DNA of 64,000 nucleotides from contig CBDCTJ010000007.1 of assembly GCA_965222115.1 (NCBI GenBank), positions 2,880,001 through 2,944,000 of the forward strand. The letters are read 5' to 3'. The notes under the pieces are model-generated. The model searched no databases. It was not told where the DNA came from and worked only from the letters and a program-made list of their open reading frames with translations. Numbering within the stretch: position 1 is the stretch's first letter; every line of letters starts with the position of its first letter. The position numbers were made by a program, and so were the translations under genes. Of this stretch, positions 9,643 through 19,032 are shown piece by piece. Source of the stretch: Planctomycetota bacterium (lineage in GTDB: Bacteria; Planctomycetota; PLA2; JAEUHO01).

Positions 9643-12096
9643 ATGAATTCCCCCACACCATCACAGCGCCTTGCGCGGGCCTTACGCAGCACCACGTATC
9701 GCCCCTCCTTCGTGGCCATCGGGCACAGCGTGCGGCACCACCTCAAACGGCGCGCCCCGGCCCTTTTGGTGGTACTCGTGAGCATTGTGATGGGCAGGAG
9801 CATCGCCCACACGCCATTCCATGTTGTCGCGCCTGCAGGCATCGCGATATTGCTCACTATCCCGCGCGCTCGCACGCCGGCGCTTGCGCTCGCTTTGGGG
9901 CTGCTCAACGTCGGTGGCCCCAGCAATGTACACGTGCACGCTTTCGAAACGCCCGGCATCTACGTCTTGCGAGGACAAGTAGGACGCACGTTGTGGTCGG
10001 GTTTTGGTGGGCAGACGCTTCTGCTCCACGCCGATTCGATTGGCGAGCGCCCGTTCGAACCCCCAATCGATGTACACCTCACGACACCGCGACCACGATT
10101 TGGCGCGCGCGATCTCATGCTGGGCAATCGCGTGTCGGTAGAAGCGTTCATTCGAACGAAGCGCACGGATCGTGGTGTGCAGCTGCGCGCCATCTGTAAG
10201 AACTTGCGGAGCATTCGAAAGCTAGAGGTCGCGCCTCCCTTGCCATGGACGGTCCACACGTTGCGCCGCTCCTGCGCTCGGCGTATCGCACGTTGGTTAC
10301 CGCGTGATCAAGCAGCACTTGCAGCTGCACTTACCGTGGGACGCCGACACGAACTCAATCCCCACGTGCGTTCTCTCTTTCGAACAACCGGCCAAGCCCA
10401 CCTGCTCGCGGTGTCGGGACTTCATGTGGGACTCGTACTTGGAACGCTATTGATCGTATTGAGGTTCCTGCGTGTTCCCGGCACATGGCAGTGGACTGCG
10501 GTCATAGTTTCGATGGCGCTTTACGTGCCGCTCACGGGTCCTGCACCTTCGGCCATGCGCGCCGGGCTTGGCGCCGCATCATATGCACTCGCACGATTGC
10601 TTGGTGTGCGACTCGGTGGCTGGCGTGTATTGCTCGGTGTGGGCACACTGGTGTGTGCATTGGATCCGGGCGCCGCATCGGAATTGTCGCTACACCTTTC
10701 GTTTTCCGCAGTGGCGGGCATCCTATGGCTCACGCCGGTCTTCGAACGCTGGTTGGTGGGTCCAAGCGTCGTGGCCCATCCCGTCCTGCAAATCAAGCGC
10801 GCCCCCATTCGGCGACTCCTATGTGTTTCGTTGGCGGCTTGGCTCGCCACATTGCCCTGGGTTGCGCTCCATATGGGTCGTCTTGCGCCAGCAGGGCCCT
10901 GGGCGTCTGTGCTCACCATTCCGCTCACGGCCATGCTCCTCACCCTTGCATTGCTAGTCGCCGTATTCGCCGACATCGCACCGCTCGCTTACGTCTGTGG
11001 CTCACTGTTTCAAGGTGCCTATGAACTACTGACGAGTGCCATGCGTGGCATTCTGGAACTCGGTTGTGGCTCGGTGGCGGTCGGGCCACCATCGCTTCTC
11101 TGGATCGCGGCGTACATCGCGCTACTGCTCTCGATTCCGTTTGTTCCCTACCGATGGCGATACAGGGTGCTGCTCGTGATGGTGCTACTTGTTGGTTCCC
11201 TCGTTCTCATCAGTACCCCTGAAGAGGAGCAGGTCATAGCAACCTCGCACGCCGCCCTCTACCATGAGTCCGTCAACGGCGCACTGACTCGCGCATCGAA
11301 TAGTACGGAGGCGTTTATCTCGCTGAGCTCAACGATTTCATCTCCAGGACTACTGAGCCTATATGCCGTTCTGCTCGCCCTGCTTGCCTTCGCCAGCTGT
11401 CGATGGACTCAATGGCTCACGCGTGGCGGCGCTGTGCTTGCGTTTGCGCTGGGCATAGTGACGACGTGGCGCTTGGGACACGCCGGACTTGGCGTACTCA
11501 TGCTCGCGTTCTTTGTGGGCACGCTATTGTCGAAATTGCCGGGGGGCTCAACGGAGAGTCGCGGCCCACGAACATGGAAGCAAGTGGCGGCCAACGGCCT
11601 AGCACCGGCACTTGGTTGCCTGATTCACGCGCTTGGGCATCCCCACGTGGGTACGCCGTTCTTCCTGGGAGGCGTCGCCTTCCTCGCCGCCGACACCAGT
11701 GCAACCGAACTGGGGACGCGCTTCGGCGGGACGCCTCGCCACGTACTTTCTGGCGCGCAACTCGACGTGGGGCGCTCAGGCGGCGTGTCCTTGATGGGGC
11801 TCATGGCCTCCGCCTTCTTTGCCACGCTGGTCGCATGTGTGTGGGCGGGCTTCACATCGTCGATTTCACCCGCCACCATCGGCGCGGTGTCCGGAGCCGG
11901 CACTGTGGGCGCAGTCACCGACAGCCTGCTTGGAGGCACGGTCCAGTTCGTGGGCCGTGACTCCAAGACGGGCGAACTGGTTGAATCCGGCGCCGGCGAA
12001 ACCGTTCGGGGAGTGCGCATCGTCAACAACGACATGGTGAATTGCATGGCCGGGGTGGCCGCTGGGTGGCTCGCCGTGGCCTTGATGCCTGCGTAG
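9643..12096 (+). CDS. comEC: ComEC/Rec2 competence domain fused to C-terminal DUF92/TMEM19 domain
   Basis: AHLLAVSGLHVG, PSAMRA and LSFSAVAGI (ComEC), then RTWKQVAANG, ADTSATELG, SGGVSLMG, DSLLGG and NNDMVN (DUF92), all in one reading frame. Confidence 0.85.
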   Translation: MNSPTPSQRLARALRSTTYRPSFVAIGHSVRHHLKRRAPALLVVLVSIVMGRSIAHTPFHVVAPAGIAILLTIPRARTPALALALGLLNVGGPSNVHVHAFETPGIYVLRGQVGRTLWSGFGGQTLLLHADSIGERPFEPPIDVHLTTPRPRFGARDLMLGNRVSVEAFIRTKRTDRGVQLRAICKNLRSIRKLEVAPPLPWTVHTLRRSCARRIARWLPRDQAALAAALTVGRRHELNPHVRSLFRTTGQAHLLAVSGLHVGLVLGTLLIVLRFLRVPGTWQWTAVIVSMALYVPLTGPAPSAMRAGLGAASYALARLLGVRLGGWRVLLGVGTLVCALDPGAASELSLHLSFSAVAGILWLTPVFERWLVGPSVVAHPVLQIKRAPIRRLLCVSLAAWLATLPWVALHMGRLAPAGPWASVLTIPLTAMLLTLALLVAVFADIAPLAYVCGSLFQGAYELLTSAMRGILELGCGSVAVGPPSLLWIAAYIALLLSIPFVPYRWRYRVLLVMVLLVGSLVLISTPEEEQVIATSHAALYHESVNGALTRASNSTEAFISLSSTISSPGLLSLYAVLLALLAFASCRWTQWLTRGGAVLAFALGIVTTWRLGHAGLGVLMLAFFVGTLLSKLPGGSTESRGPRTWKQVAANGLAPALGCLIHALGHPHVGTPFFLGGVAFLAADTSATELGTRFGGTPRHVLSGAQLDVGRSGGVSLMGLMASAFFATLVACVWAGFTSSISPATIGAVSGAGTVGAVTDSLLGGTVQFVGRDSKTGELVESGAGETVRGVRIVNNDMVNCMAGVAAGWLAVALMPA

Positions 12097-12196
12097 CCCT
12101 CGCACCGCCCAAGAAAACTCGCGCAGACCGAGAAAAGGTCCCCAGAGGCCTGCAAATGGGCGAAGGTCGGCCTGCCCAGGACCGATTCAACGGCAT

Positions 12197-13771
12197 ATGT
12201 GGGTCCCCGACCGTGCCCTGACTTCCGCGCCCGCGCTGCAGCCTGGTCTCGGTTTGCCCAGATTACACATCCTCGTCGTAGACGATGAGGACGCCACGCG
12301 AACATTCCTCGCCGAAGCGCTCACGCGCGACGGCCACGATGTGGTGCTCGCCGGTTCCGGTGAAGAGGCGCTCGGCAAGATCCGCCGCGGCAAATTCGAT
12401 GTGGTCCTCACGGACTTGACGATGCCCGGCATGTCGGGCCTCAAGCTTTGCAGCACGACACGATCCATGCGCCCGCACACGGCCATCATCTTGATGACGT
12501 CAACGGGAACAACGGAAACCGCCGTCGAGGCGATGCGTGCCGGTGCGGATGACTTCCTCACCAAACCGTTCGCACTCGACCGCTTGCGCGATCAACTGCA
12601 GCGCGTTACCGACGCCCATCGCGGTCATCGGTCGTCGCGAGTGCAACAAACGCGTGTGCGCGAGGAAGCCGATAGCCTCCGCGCGCGAAGCCTTCGTGCC
12701 GAACGCGACCTTGCGGAAGCACAGGGCGCCCTCGCCGCGTATCGAAGCAACTTGGAAAAGCGCTCGCATGACTTGAATTTCGTTCGGCGGATGACTGCGA
12801 TGTTGTCTCATTCGAGCGAATCCGAAACCATGCTTGCCGATCTGGCCAAAATGATTGCCGATCGCTTCGGTGCGCTCGCCGTTCGTATCGAGGCCGACTT
12901 AGGTGATGGCGTACAAACGATTGAAAGTGGCGAGGACCCGACTAGCGCCGCCGTATTGAACTCCATGGGTGTTGATCTCTTACAAGCCGCATCGCGCAAT
13001 ACAGATGCGGTCGTTGTCGATTCCGTGCTTGGTAAGAATCAGCCGCTGCAAGTCATGGCCGCATCGGTGCGGTTGGCGGAACGCGATCTCGGCGCCATGT
13101 TCCTCGTCCGCGAACCCCAAGACGAAGACGACGCCCGCGGCGATCGCTTTCTCTTCGCGCTTCTTCCGCAAGCACTCAGCGTTTCGTTGAGCGCCGAAAT
13201 TCACCGCCGCTCCGCCCGCCTGAGCGCCATTCGAGTCTCCGAAGGCATCTTGGATGCCCTTGAAACCCGCGGCACGCTCTACCGCGGTCACGCCAAGCGT
13301 GCGGCGCGCGTGGCCACCGTTATTGCCGAACAGCTCGGCCTGTCCACGCGTGAGATTCGGTTCATTTCCCTTGCTGCGCGGCTACACGATGTGGGCAAAG
13401 TCAGCCTCCCCGATGGCGTGCTTCAACGCGCGGGTCCCCTCACCGAAGCCGAGCGTCGCGTACTCCAGATGCACCCGGTTGTTGGCGCACGGATCTTGGC
13501 CCCCTTCTCCGAAGCCGCGCTCTTTGTCCGTCATCACTGCGAGCGGCCAGACGGTCTCGGCTACCCCGACGGACTTCGGGGCGACGAAATCCCACTCGGC
13601 GCAGGCATCGTCGGTCTTGCCGGTGCCTACAACGCCATCATCAATCCCCGGCCCTACAAGTCGTCTCGCTCGCGCCGCGAAGCACTCGATGAAATTGTCT
13701 CCCATCGCGGCACCCAGTTCGTGCCTTCGGCGGTGGATGCACTTATTGCTGCGCCAAGGGAGCAGTTATAG
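12197..13771 (+). CDS. Response regulator with GAF-like middle region and degenerate HD-GYP domain
   Basis: REC (VVDDE, DLTMPG, KPF), LHDVGK, ERPDGLGYPDGL, RPYK, GTQF. True start may be TTG 12254. Confidence 0.88.
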   Translation: MWVPDRALTSAPALQPGLGLPRLHILVVDDEDATRTFLAEALTRDGHDVVLAGSGEEALGKIRRGKFDVVLTDLTMPGMSGLKLCSTTRSMRPHTAIILMTSTGTTETAVEAMRAGADDFLTKPFALDRLRDQLQRVTDAHRGHRSSRVQQTRVREEADSLRARSLRAERDLAEAQGALAAYRSNLEKRSHDLNFVRRMTAMLSHSSESETMLADLAKMIADRFGALAVRIEADLGDGVQTIESGEDPTSAAVLNSMGVDLLQAASRNTDAVVVDSVLGKNQPLQVMAASVRLAERDLGAMFLVREPQDEDDARGDRFLFALLPQALSVSLSAEIHRRSARLSAIRVSEGILDALETRGTLYRGHAKRAARVATVIAEQLGLSTREIRFISLAARLHDVGKVSLPDGVLQRAGPLTEAERRVLQMHPVVGARILAPFSEAALFVRHHCERPDGLGYPDGLRGDEIPLGAGIVGLAGAYNAIINPRPYKSSRSRREALDEIVSHRGTQFVPSAVDALIAAPREQL

Positions 13772-13821
13772 CGAGGCCGCGCGTGTTCTCAGTCCTTTCA
13801 TGACGTGCTTGAGAACAATGA

Positions 13822-14019
13822 CCACGTCCACCCATCGATGCGCACCCTTCGAAGCGCACTGCGCGGATCAAAGATCCGCCTGTGCTTACTCAGGGTCTTC
13901 GCGCAAATGGCAAGGCCATTTGCTCTTGACGCCCACGGACCAGCGCGACTCGACTATCGGACGCTCACACTTGAATCCGGGTTTCGGGTGACGGGTGACG
14001 GGTGACGGGTGACGGGAAT
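13822..14019. repeat. Dispersed composite repeat family A, copy 1, ending in (CGGGTGA)x4
   Basis: Aligns by eye to 59123-59363. Heptamer array at 13985-14012. Confidence 0.85.
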
Positions 14020-14096
14020 ACAATCGTTGAATCGCGCACGAAGCAAGCAAATCTAACCAGCACTTCCTCGCGAAACGCGTCCATCTGCTCTTTGAG

Positions 14097-17000
14097 TCAG
14101 CGCCCCATGGCGCCCCGCAAAGCGTCGAGCGGATTCTTGGGCAGCTTCTTACCAACGCCCGGAAGCTTTTTGCGAACGCCATCGAGCAATCCGGAGCGCA
14201 AGATCGAGCCGGTATCAAGGCGCGGAATGATGGCGGGTTGATCCAGTGACCCGCGGATTTGGAGAGGAATTTTGGCGCCGGGAATCACGCGCTTCACGAT
14301 CTCGCCTGCGTCGCCCAACTGGATATCGGCATTCATATGTACCGACTTGTTGAGCCCCACGCGACCCTTCATAAAGACCGACAGCACTTGGCCGGCGACT
14401 TCGATCTTCTCGACATTGATGATGCGCTGCGCAATGGTGAATCTTGAATCGATGCGCTGAAAGGCGAGGGCTTTAGCCGCTTCACCTAAGACCTTGCCAA
14501 CAACGGGAGCGGCCACGCTGAGCACGCTGACGAGCTTTCCGAGCCCTTGCCCTTGCTGTGCTCCGCTACCACCAAAGAGCGTACTTCCTTTAATCTCACC
14601 ATCCTTCATTTCGATGGTGCCCTTGCCCGTGAGCGAGTCCATCAAAACAGGACTCTTGAAGTCACTCGCGCGCGCCGTGATGTCGGCATCCAGTCGCCCG
14701 CTCAATACGCCCCCCGCGCCATCGGCAGGTAAGAGCACGGGGAGCGCATAGCTCATCCCTCGCGCCGCGCCGTCGGACACGATCCAATCGGACGTGTCAA
14801 CGCCGCGCATCTGCGCGCGTGCCACCCATGGCATATCGGGTTGCCCCAATCGCATGGCCGCGCTCATACCGAGGCCGCCGCCATTCACGCCCGCCTGGAG
14901 CGTGGTGTGAAGCGGATCCCCGGGTCCTGCGCGCTTTGCCGTAACGGTTGTATTGCTCAGCGCGATTCCCCCGGTGGACCATGCGCCCAATTGCAGATTG
15001 GCATCAATGCCGAGGTTTCCCAGGTGCGGCCCTGGTCCACTCGTTAGATCGATCGTTCCTTGAATCGCGCCATCGCCTTCAAGATCCTTATAGTCCTCAC
15101 CCAGCATGGTTCTCAAGTAGGGCGCGAGGCGCGCGGCCTGTCCGGACACCTCGAGCCGGCCCTGAAGATCAGTGACGGGATCGATAGCGAAGGAGCCGTT
15201 GCTCAACTTGGCGCTAAGCGTCTGACTTTCGAGATTGAACAAGTCGATTCGTCCGCGCTGTCCCGTGGGCGGTATCGAAATGACGTGATCGAGTCCCACG
15301 GTCGGTTCGGATATGGCGACATTGTTATTGGCGGAGCGCAGATCAAAACCTGCAATGCGGAGCGCGCCACGCGCAATCGTGAATCCGCCGTCGCCTGCCT
15401 GCACCTCGGCACGATAGCGAAACTGACCCCCAAGGGTGGAGCTACCGGTTGGGTCCAGCGCCGCCTGCAAGGCACGAACTTGTTGCAGTTCGCCGCGAAT
15501 GTCCGCAGTACCGGTGCCAACATGCCACGCGCCGTTGCCGTCCTCGTGTAGATCAACGGCGCCCGAAATTAGGCATCCGAGCGCCGAGATAGAATCAAGC
15601 GAGGCCCGTAATGCGGTTCCGTTTCGCGCGGCCATGAACTTGCCGCGAACTTCTGAGGGACCCTCCGCAAGTTCCCAACGTTTCGGCCACGCCAACCCTG
15701 TGGTCTCAATCTCGGCCTCGATCTCACCGTGTTCGGCGTTTCCGCGACCCATGCCACGCAACGTGAGCGTGCCGGCAATGAGCTCGCGTTCGCCAAGGCC
15801 CATATGCGTCCCCAGGATTTCCGAGACGCGCGACAGGTCGACGGAGATATCAAATGGGCCCGCAATCGAAGGTCCGGCATTGTTGTTGGTAAGGTCTGGG
15901 TTGGGGACGAGAATCTCGAGTGCACGCGAGGCCGTTCGGCTTGTGATAACCGAAGAGTTTGCCTCGTGAACCTGTACACGCAACGTCCCATCGTCGCCAA
16001 AGAAGCTCTGCAACCGAACTGAGGCATCGGGCTCTTGCAATCCACGCGGAAGTGAGCTCGACGGCATCATTTTGAGATTGGCAACGCGCGCACCGACACG
16101 GAAATTGGTTCCGTGTACGCCGTCATCGGCCACCAAATCGATGGCATCAATTCGCGCAACAACATGGCCCGACTCAAGATCGGCAAGTGCCGGGATCAGT
16201 CCTTGCAAGTTGGACAGGCGACCCAGATCGGCTTCGACAGCAACTTCACCCGCCACAACAGGCCGCTTTCCCTGCACAAGCCTAATGTCGATGGGTGTGG
16301 TGGAGCGCAGTTTGAGCGCTTCGCCCGCTCGTGCCATAGCCCTATTTAGCCCAATGTCGTGACCGTTCGTCGAGGGCTGGAGGCGGCCTTCTATCGTTAT
16401 TTCAACGCGATCTTCCATAAATTCGCGAGTGGACCCATCATTCGACGCGTGCGAGGGCACTTGGAGCACATGGACTTGATCAGCGATGAGATAAACACGA
16501 CCCTGCGTGGCATCCTGAGCCGGCTCGTCCGTTAGATTCGCGGCCGCGCGTACTTTTTTAGTGGCAATCGAGCTTCCTTGGGACGTGGTTGCTTTGATGC
16601 CATCGAGTAGCACCTTGAGCTTGCCGCTAAATCGAGACCCTGCGTGCAATTCTCCGTTTGCATAAACTTGCGCAGCCCCTTCTAGGGACTGCAGTTTGAG
16701 TGTGCGTGACAACGAGGGTGCGATCGGTGCGAGATCGATGAGGCCATCGGTCGTCAATGCGACCGGGCCGTTTCGCTCGGCATCGAGATTGACAAATCCG
16801 TGCAGTGCCACGTCTTGCCGCGCCGGTCCCGCGGCGCCCAACGTGCCTCGTAGTTCAGCCCGCTGCTGCCCATCTGGCAGCATTTGAACTTGACCCCGAA
16901 TGTCAGCCAATGTGGATGCTGGCAGGTCCCCGCCACCACGCGAATCGACTCGCCCACCGAGGACCTTCACAACTACATGTGGCGGTTCGCGCTCTTTCTC

Positions 17001-17462
17001 GGGCTCGTCTTCGGTGTTGGGAAACAGATTGTCAAAGTTGGTTGCGCCTCCATCACGGCCCTCTAACACAATGTGCGGCTCTTCCACGCGCACTTCGGCC
17101 TCAACCGCGCCGCCCATGAGTTTCAAGAGGTCGATATCTGCGTGCAGCTTCTTTACGCGTGCCAAGGGCTCAGGGAAGCCTTCCGGGCTGTGGACCGTTA
17201 CGTCCTCCAAGGAAACGCCCGAAAACCAAAATGCCGATGCGGAACCAATGTCTACTTTGCGCCCAATCGCCTCACCTACCTTGTCGGCGACATAATCTCT
17301 GACCGGGGCGAGACCCAACGCCAAGGGCGCACAAAACAGGAGCAACAAAAGAATCGCGATAAACGGCAGCAACCGTCGCAACCACGAGCGCCGCGCGGGA
17401 CGTTTGGCTTCGGTTGGCGGTGACTCAGATGCTGGCGCGTGGGATGGGTCCATCCACGTCAT
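14097..17462 (-). CDS. AsmA-like/TamB-like large beta-rich envelope protein
   Basis: N-terminal TM anchor, AsmA-like N-terminus (IGRKVDIG...GVSLEDVTV) and C-terminus (LTGKGTIEMKDGEI, IPLQIRGSLDQP). Confidence 0.75.
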   Translation of the reverse strand: MTWMDPSHAPASESPPTEAKRPARRSWLRRLLPFIAILLLLLFCAPLALGLAPVRDYVADKVGEAIGRKVDIGSASAFWFSGVSLEDVTVHSPEGFPEPLARVKKLHADIDLLKLMGGAVEAEVRVEEPHIVLEGRDGGATNFDNLFPNTEDEPEKEREPPHVVVKVLGGRVDSRGGGDLPASTLADIRGQVQMLPDGQQRAELRGTLGAAGPARQDVALHGFVNLDAERNGPVALTTDGLIDLAPIAPSLSRTLKLQSLEGAAQVYANGELHAGSRFSGKLKVLLDGIKATTSQGSSIATKKVRAAANLTDEPAQDATQGRVYLIADQVHVLQVPSHASNDGSTREFMEDRVEITIEGRLQPSTNGHDIGLNRAMARAGEALKLRSTTPIDIRLVQGKRPVVAGEVAVEADLGRLSNLQGLIPALADLESGHVVARIDAIDLVADDGVHGTNFRVGARVANLKMMPSSSLPRGLQEPDASVRLQSFFGDDGTLRVQVHEANSSVITSRTASRALEILVPNPDLTNNNAGPSIAGPFDISVDLSRVSEILGTHMGLGERELIAGTLTLRGMGRGNAEHGEIEAEIETTGLAWPKRWELAEGPSEVRGKFMAARNGTALRASLDSISALGCLISGAVDLHEDGNGAWHVGTGTADIRGELQQVRALQAALDPTGSSTLGGQFRYRAEVQAGDGGFTIARGALRIAGFDLRSANNNVAISEPTVGLDHVISIPPTGQRGRIDLFNLESQTLSAKLSNGSFAIDPVTDLQGRLEVSGQAARLAPYLRTMLGEDYKDLEGDGAIQGTIDLTSGPGPHLGNLGIDANLQLGAWSTGGIALSNTTVTAKRAGPGDPLHTTLQAGVNGGGLGMSAAMRLGQPDMPWVARAQMRGVDTSDWIVSDGAARGMSYALPVLLPADGAGGVLSGRLDADITARASDFKSPVLMDSLTGKGTIEMKDGEIKGSTLFGGSGAQQGQGLGKLVSVLSVAAPVVGKVLGEAAKALAFQRIDSRFTIAQRIINVEKIEVAGQVLSVFMKGRVGLNKSVHMNADIQLGDAGEIVKRVIPGAKIPLQIRGSLDQPAIIPRLDTGSILRSGLLDGVRKKLPGVGKKLPKNPLDALRGAMGR

Positions 17463-17546
17463 CTTATCTGGCCGGTTCCCCGCTCTCGTGGCTTACGGAC
17501 GGCGCATCACCCCGTCAGGGGGCAATCCCGTCATGCGAAAGTCACT

Positions 17547-17924
17547 TTAGTCGCTGGGAGATCGATCAAGATCCGGAGCGGGGCCACCATCGAAGTAGAC
17601 GGCCACGTGGCGGGTGATGCCGTTCTCATCAAAATCCACTTCGACGCGAACGATGACGCCTGTCGTACGGGCCATGGGCTCGTTTCGATGCGGCGTCGGT
17701 CCTCGAAAACCCGGGTGCTCCAATACGACACGCTCGTGCTCGTCGACCCCGTGCTCAAAATCCTCAAGGCTCATGAGCGCCCCGTTGCCCCCGACGTTTA
17801 CAAGTCGAATGGGGATCACGCGTCCACGCGACATGTACAACGTCCCCGGCAGGCTGACGGGAATTCGCTTGCGATGCCTTCGATCCGTACGACTTCCATC
17901 ACTCGTTTGCAGTTTTTCATTCAT
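17547..17924 (-). CDS. PilZ domain protein
   Basis: DRRHRKR (RxxxR), NVGGNG (D/NxSxxG-like), GVIVRVE...VAVYF. GGAGA precedes ATG 17924. Confidence 0.75.
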   Translation of the reverse strand: MNEKLQTSDGSRTDRRHRKRIPVSLPGTLYMSRGRVIPIRLVNVGGNGALMSLEDFEHGVDEHERVVLEHPGFRGPTPHRNEPMARTTGVIVRVEVDFDENGITRHVAVYFDGGPAPDLDRSPSD

Positions 17925-18078
17925 ATGGATCTCCCCGGTGATCGATGTTGCCACTCGATGAGACAATTCTCACCTTCGACCGATTGACGTGTGAGATGAA
18001 GAAGATTCATGTGAATTTTCGGGTTCCGGGATTCAATGGGCATATGCGGGCAGGTAACGGGCGCCCGTCGAGGGCTCC

Positions 18079-19032
18079 ATGGACGAATCGACATCGACAG
18101 CCGCATCGACAACAGGACCACTCCTAAACTTTACGGCGGGCGCACTCATGGGATCCGCAGACGCCGTACCGGGCGTCTCAGGTGGCACCATTGCACTCAT
18201 TCTAGGCGTTTACGAGCGACTGATTGAAAACATTGGAACGATTCTCGCATTGCCGCGACACATTCGATCCAGCGAGGGGCGCCGCAGCACCTTGCGTGCG
18301 CTCCGCTTCCTCGTGCCACTTGGATTGGGCGTTTTGGCAGCCTACTACGTAGCAACCAAGCTTCTCGTAGGACCCGCCGACGAACCGGGTTGGATTCGCA
18401 AGCTCCCTACGGCGCCACTGTGTTACGCATTCTTCTTCGGATTGGTCCTCGCCAGCTTGGTCGAACCGTGGCAGCGAATTCGCAACGTAGACGCAATGTG
18501 TTACCTGTTCGCACTCCTGGCTGGCGTGGTGGCGGCAGTCTTCGTAACCCTCCCACACGCCACAACGACACCTTCGAATTTCGCGTTGCTCTATGGCGGC
18601 GCACTCGCGATCGGCGTCATGTTGTTGCCGGGAATCAGTGGTTCACTCCTGTTGCTTATTCTTGGACAATACACCACAGTCGCCGGGTCGATTCACGACC
18701 GCGAATGGCACATACTTGGCATATTCTTGCTGGGCGTCGTCTTGGGGCTCCTTCTCTTTGTTCCCGTTTTACGTGCCCTATTACGGCGATATCACGATCG
18801 CACCATGGCGGCGCTGACAGGCTTGATGGCAGGCAGTCTTCTTGCTCTGTGGCCGTGGAAAGACAACTACGAAATCAAGCAAGCGCAGATGAACAATGTC
18901 GGGCCTGGCGAGGACGTCGTGTGGGTTGTCCTTGCAGCCGTCGCGGGGGCAGGCTGTGCGTGGGGACTGCGACTGATTGAACGCCGCATCAACGCAGCCA
19001 GCGATCCTGCAAGAGCTACCGGCTCCGCATAG
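18079..19032 (+). CDS. DUF368 membrane protein (undecaprenyl-phosphate translocase family)
   Basis: GALMGSADAVPGVSGGTIA and MLLPGISGSLLLLILG repeats. Confidence 0.92.
   Translation: MDESTSTAASTTGPLLNFTAGALMGSADAVPGVSGGTIALILGVYERLIENIGTILALPRHIRSSEGRRSTLRALRFLVPLGLGVLAAYYVATKLLVGPADEPGWIRKLPTAPLCYAFFFGLVLASLVEPWQRIRNVDAMCYLFALLAGVVAAVFVTLPHATTTPSNFALLYGGALAIGVMLLPGISGSLLLLILGQYTTVAGSIHDREWHILGIFLLGVVLGLLLFVPVLRALLRRYHDRTMAALTGLMAGSLLALWPWKDNYEIKQAQMNNVGPGEDVVWVVLAAVAGAGCAWGLRLIERRINAASDPARATGSA

Noticed and set aside
13985-14016. Heptamer and hexamer arrays as CRISPR arrays
   Set aside because: Units are 6-9 nt with no unique spacers, and there are no cas genes.
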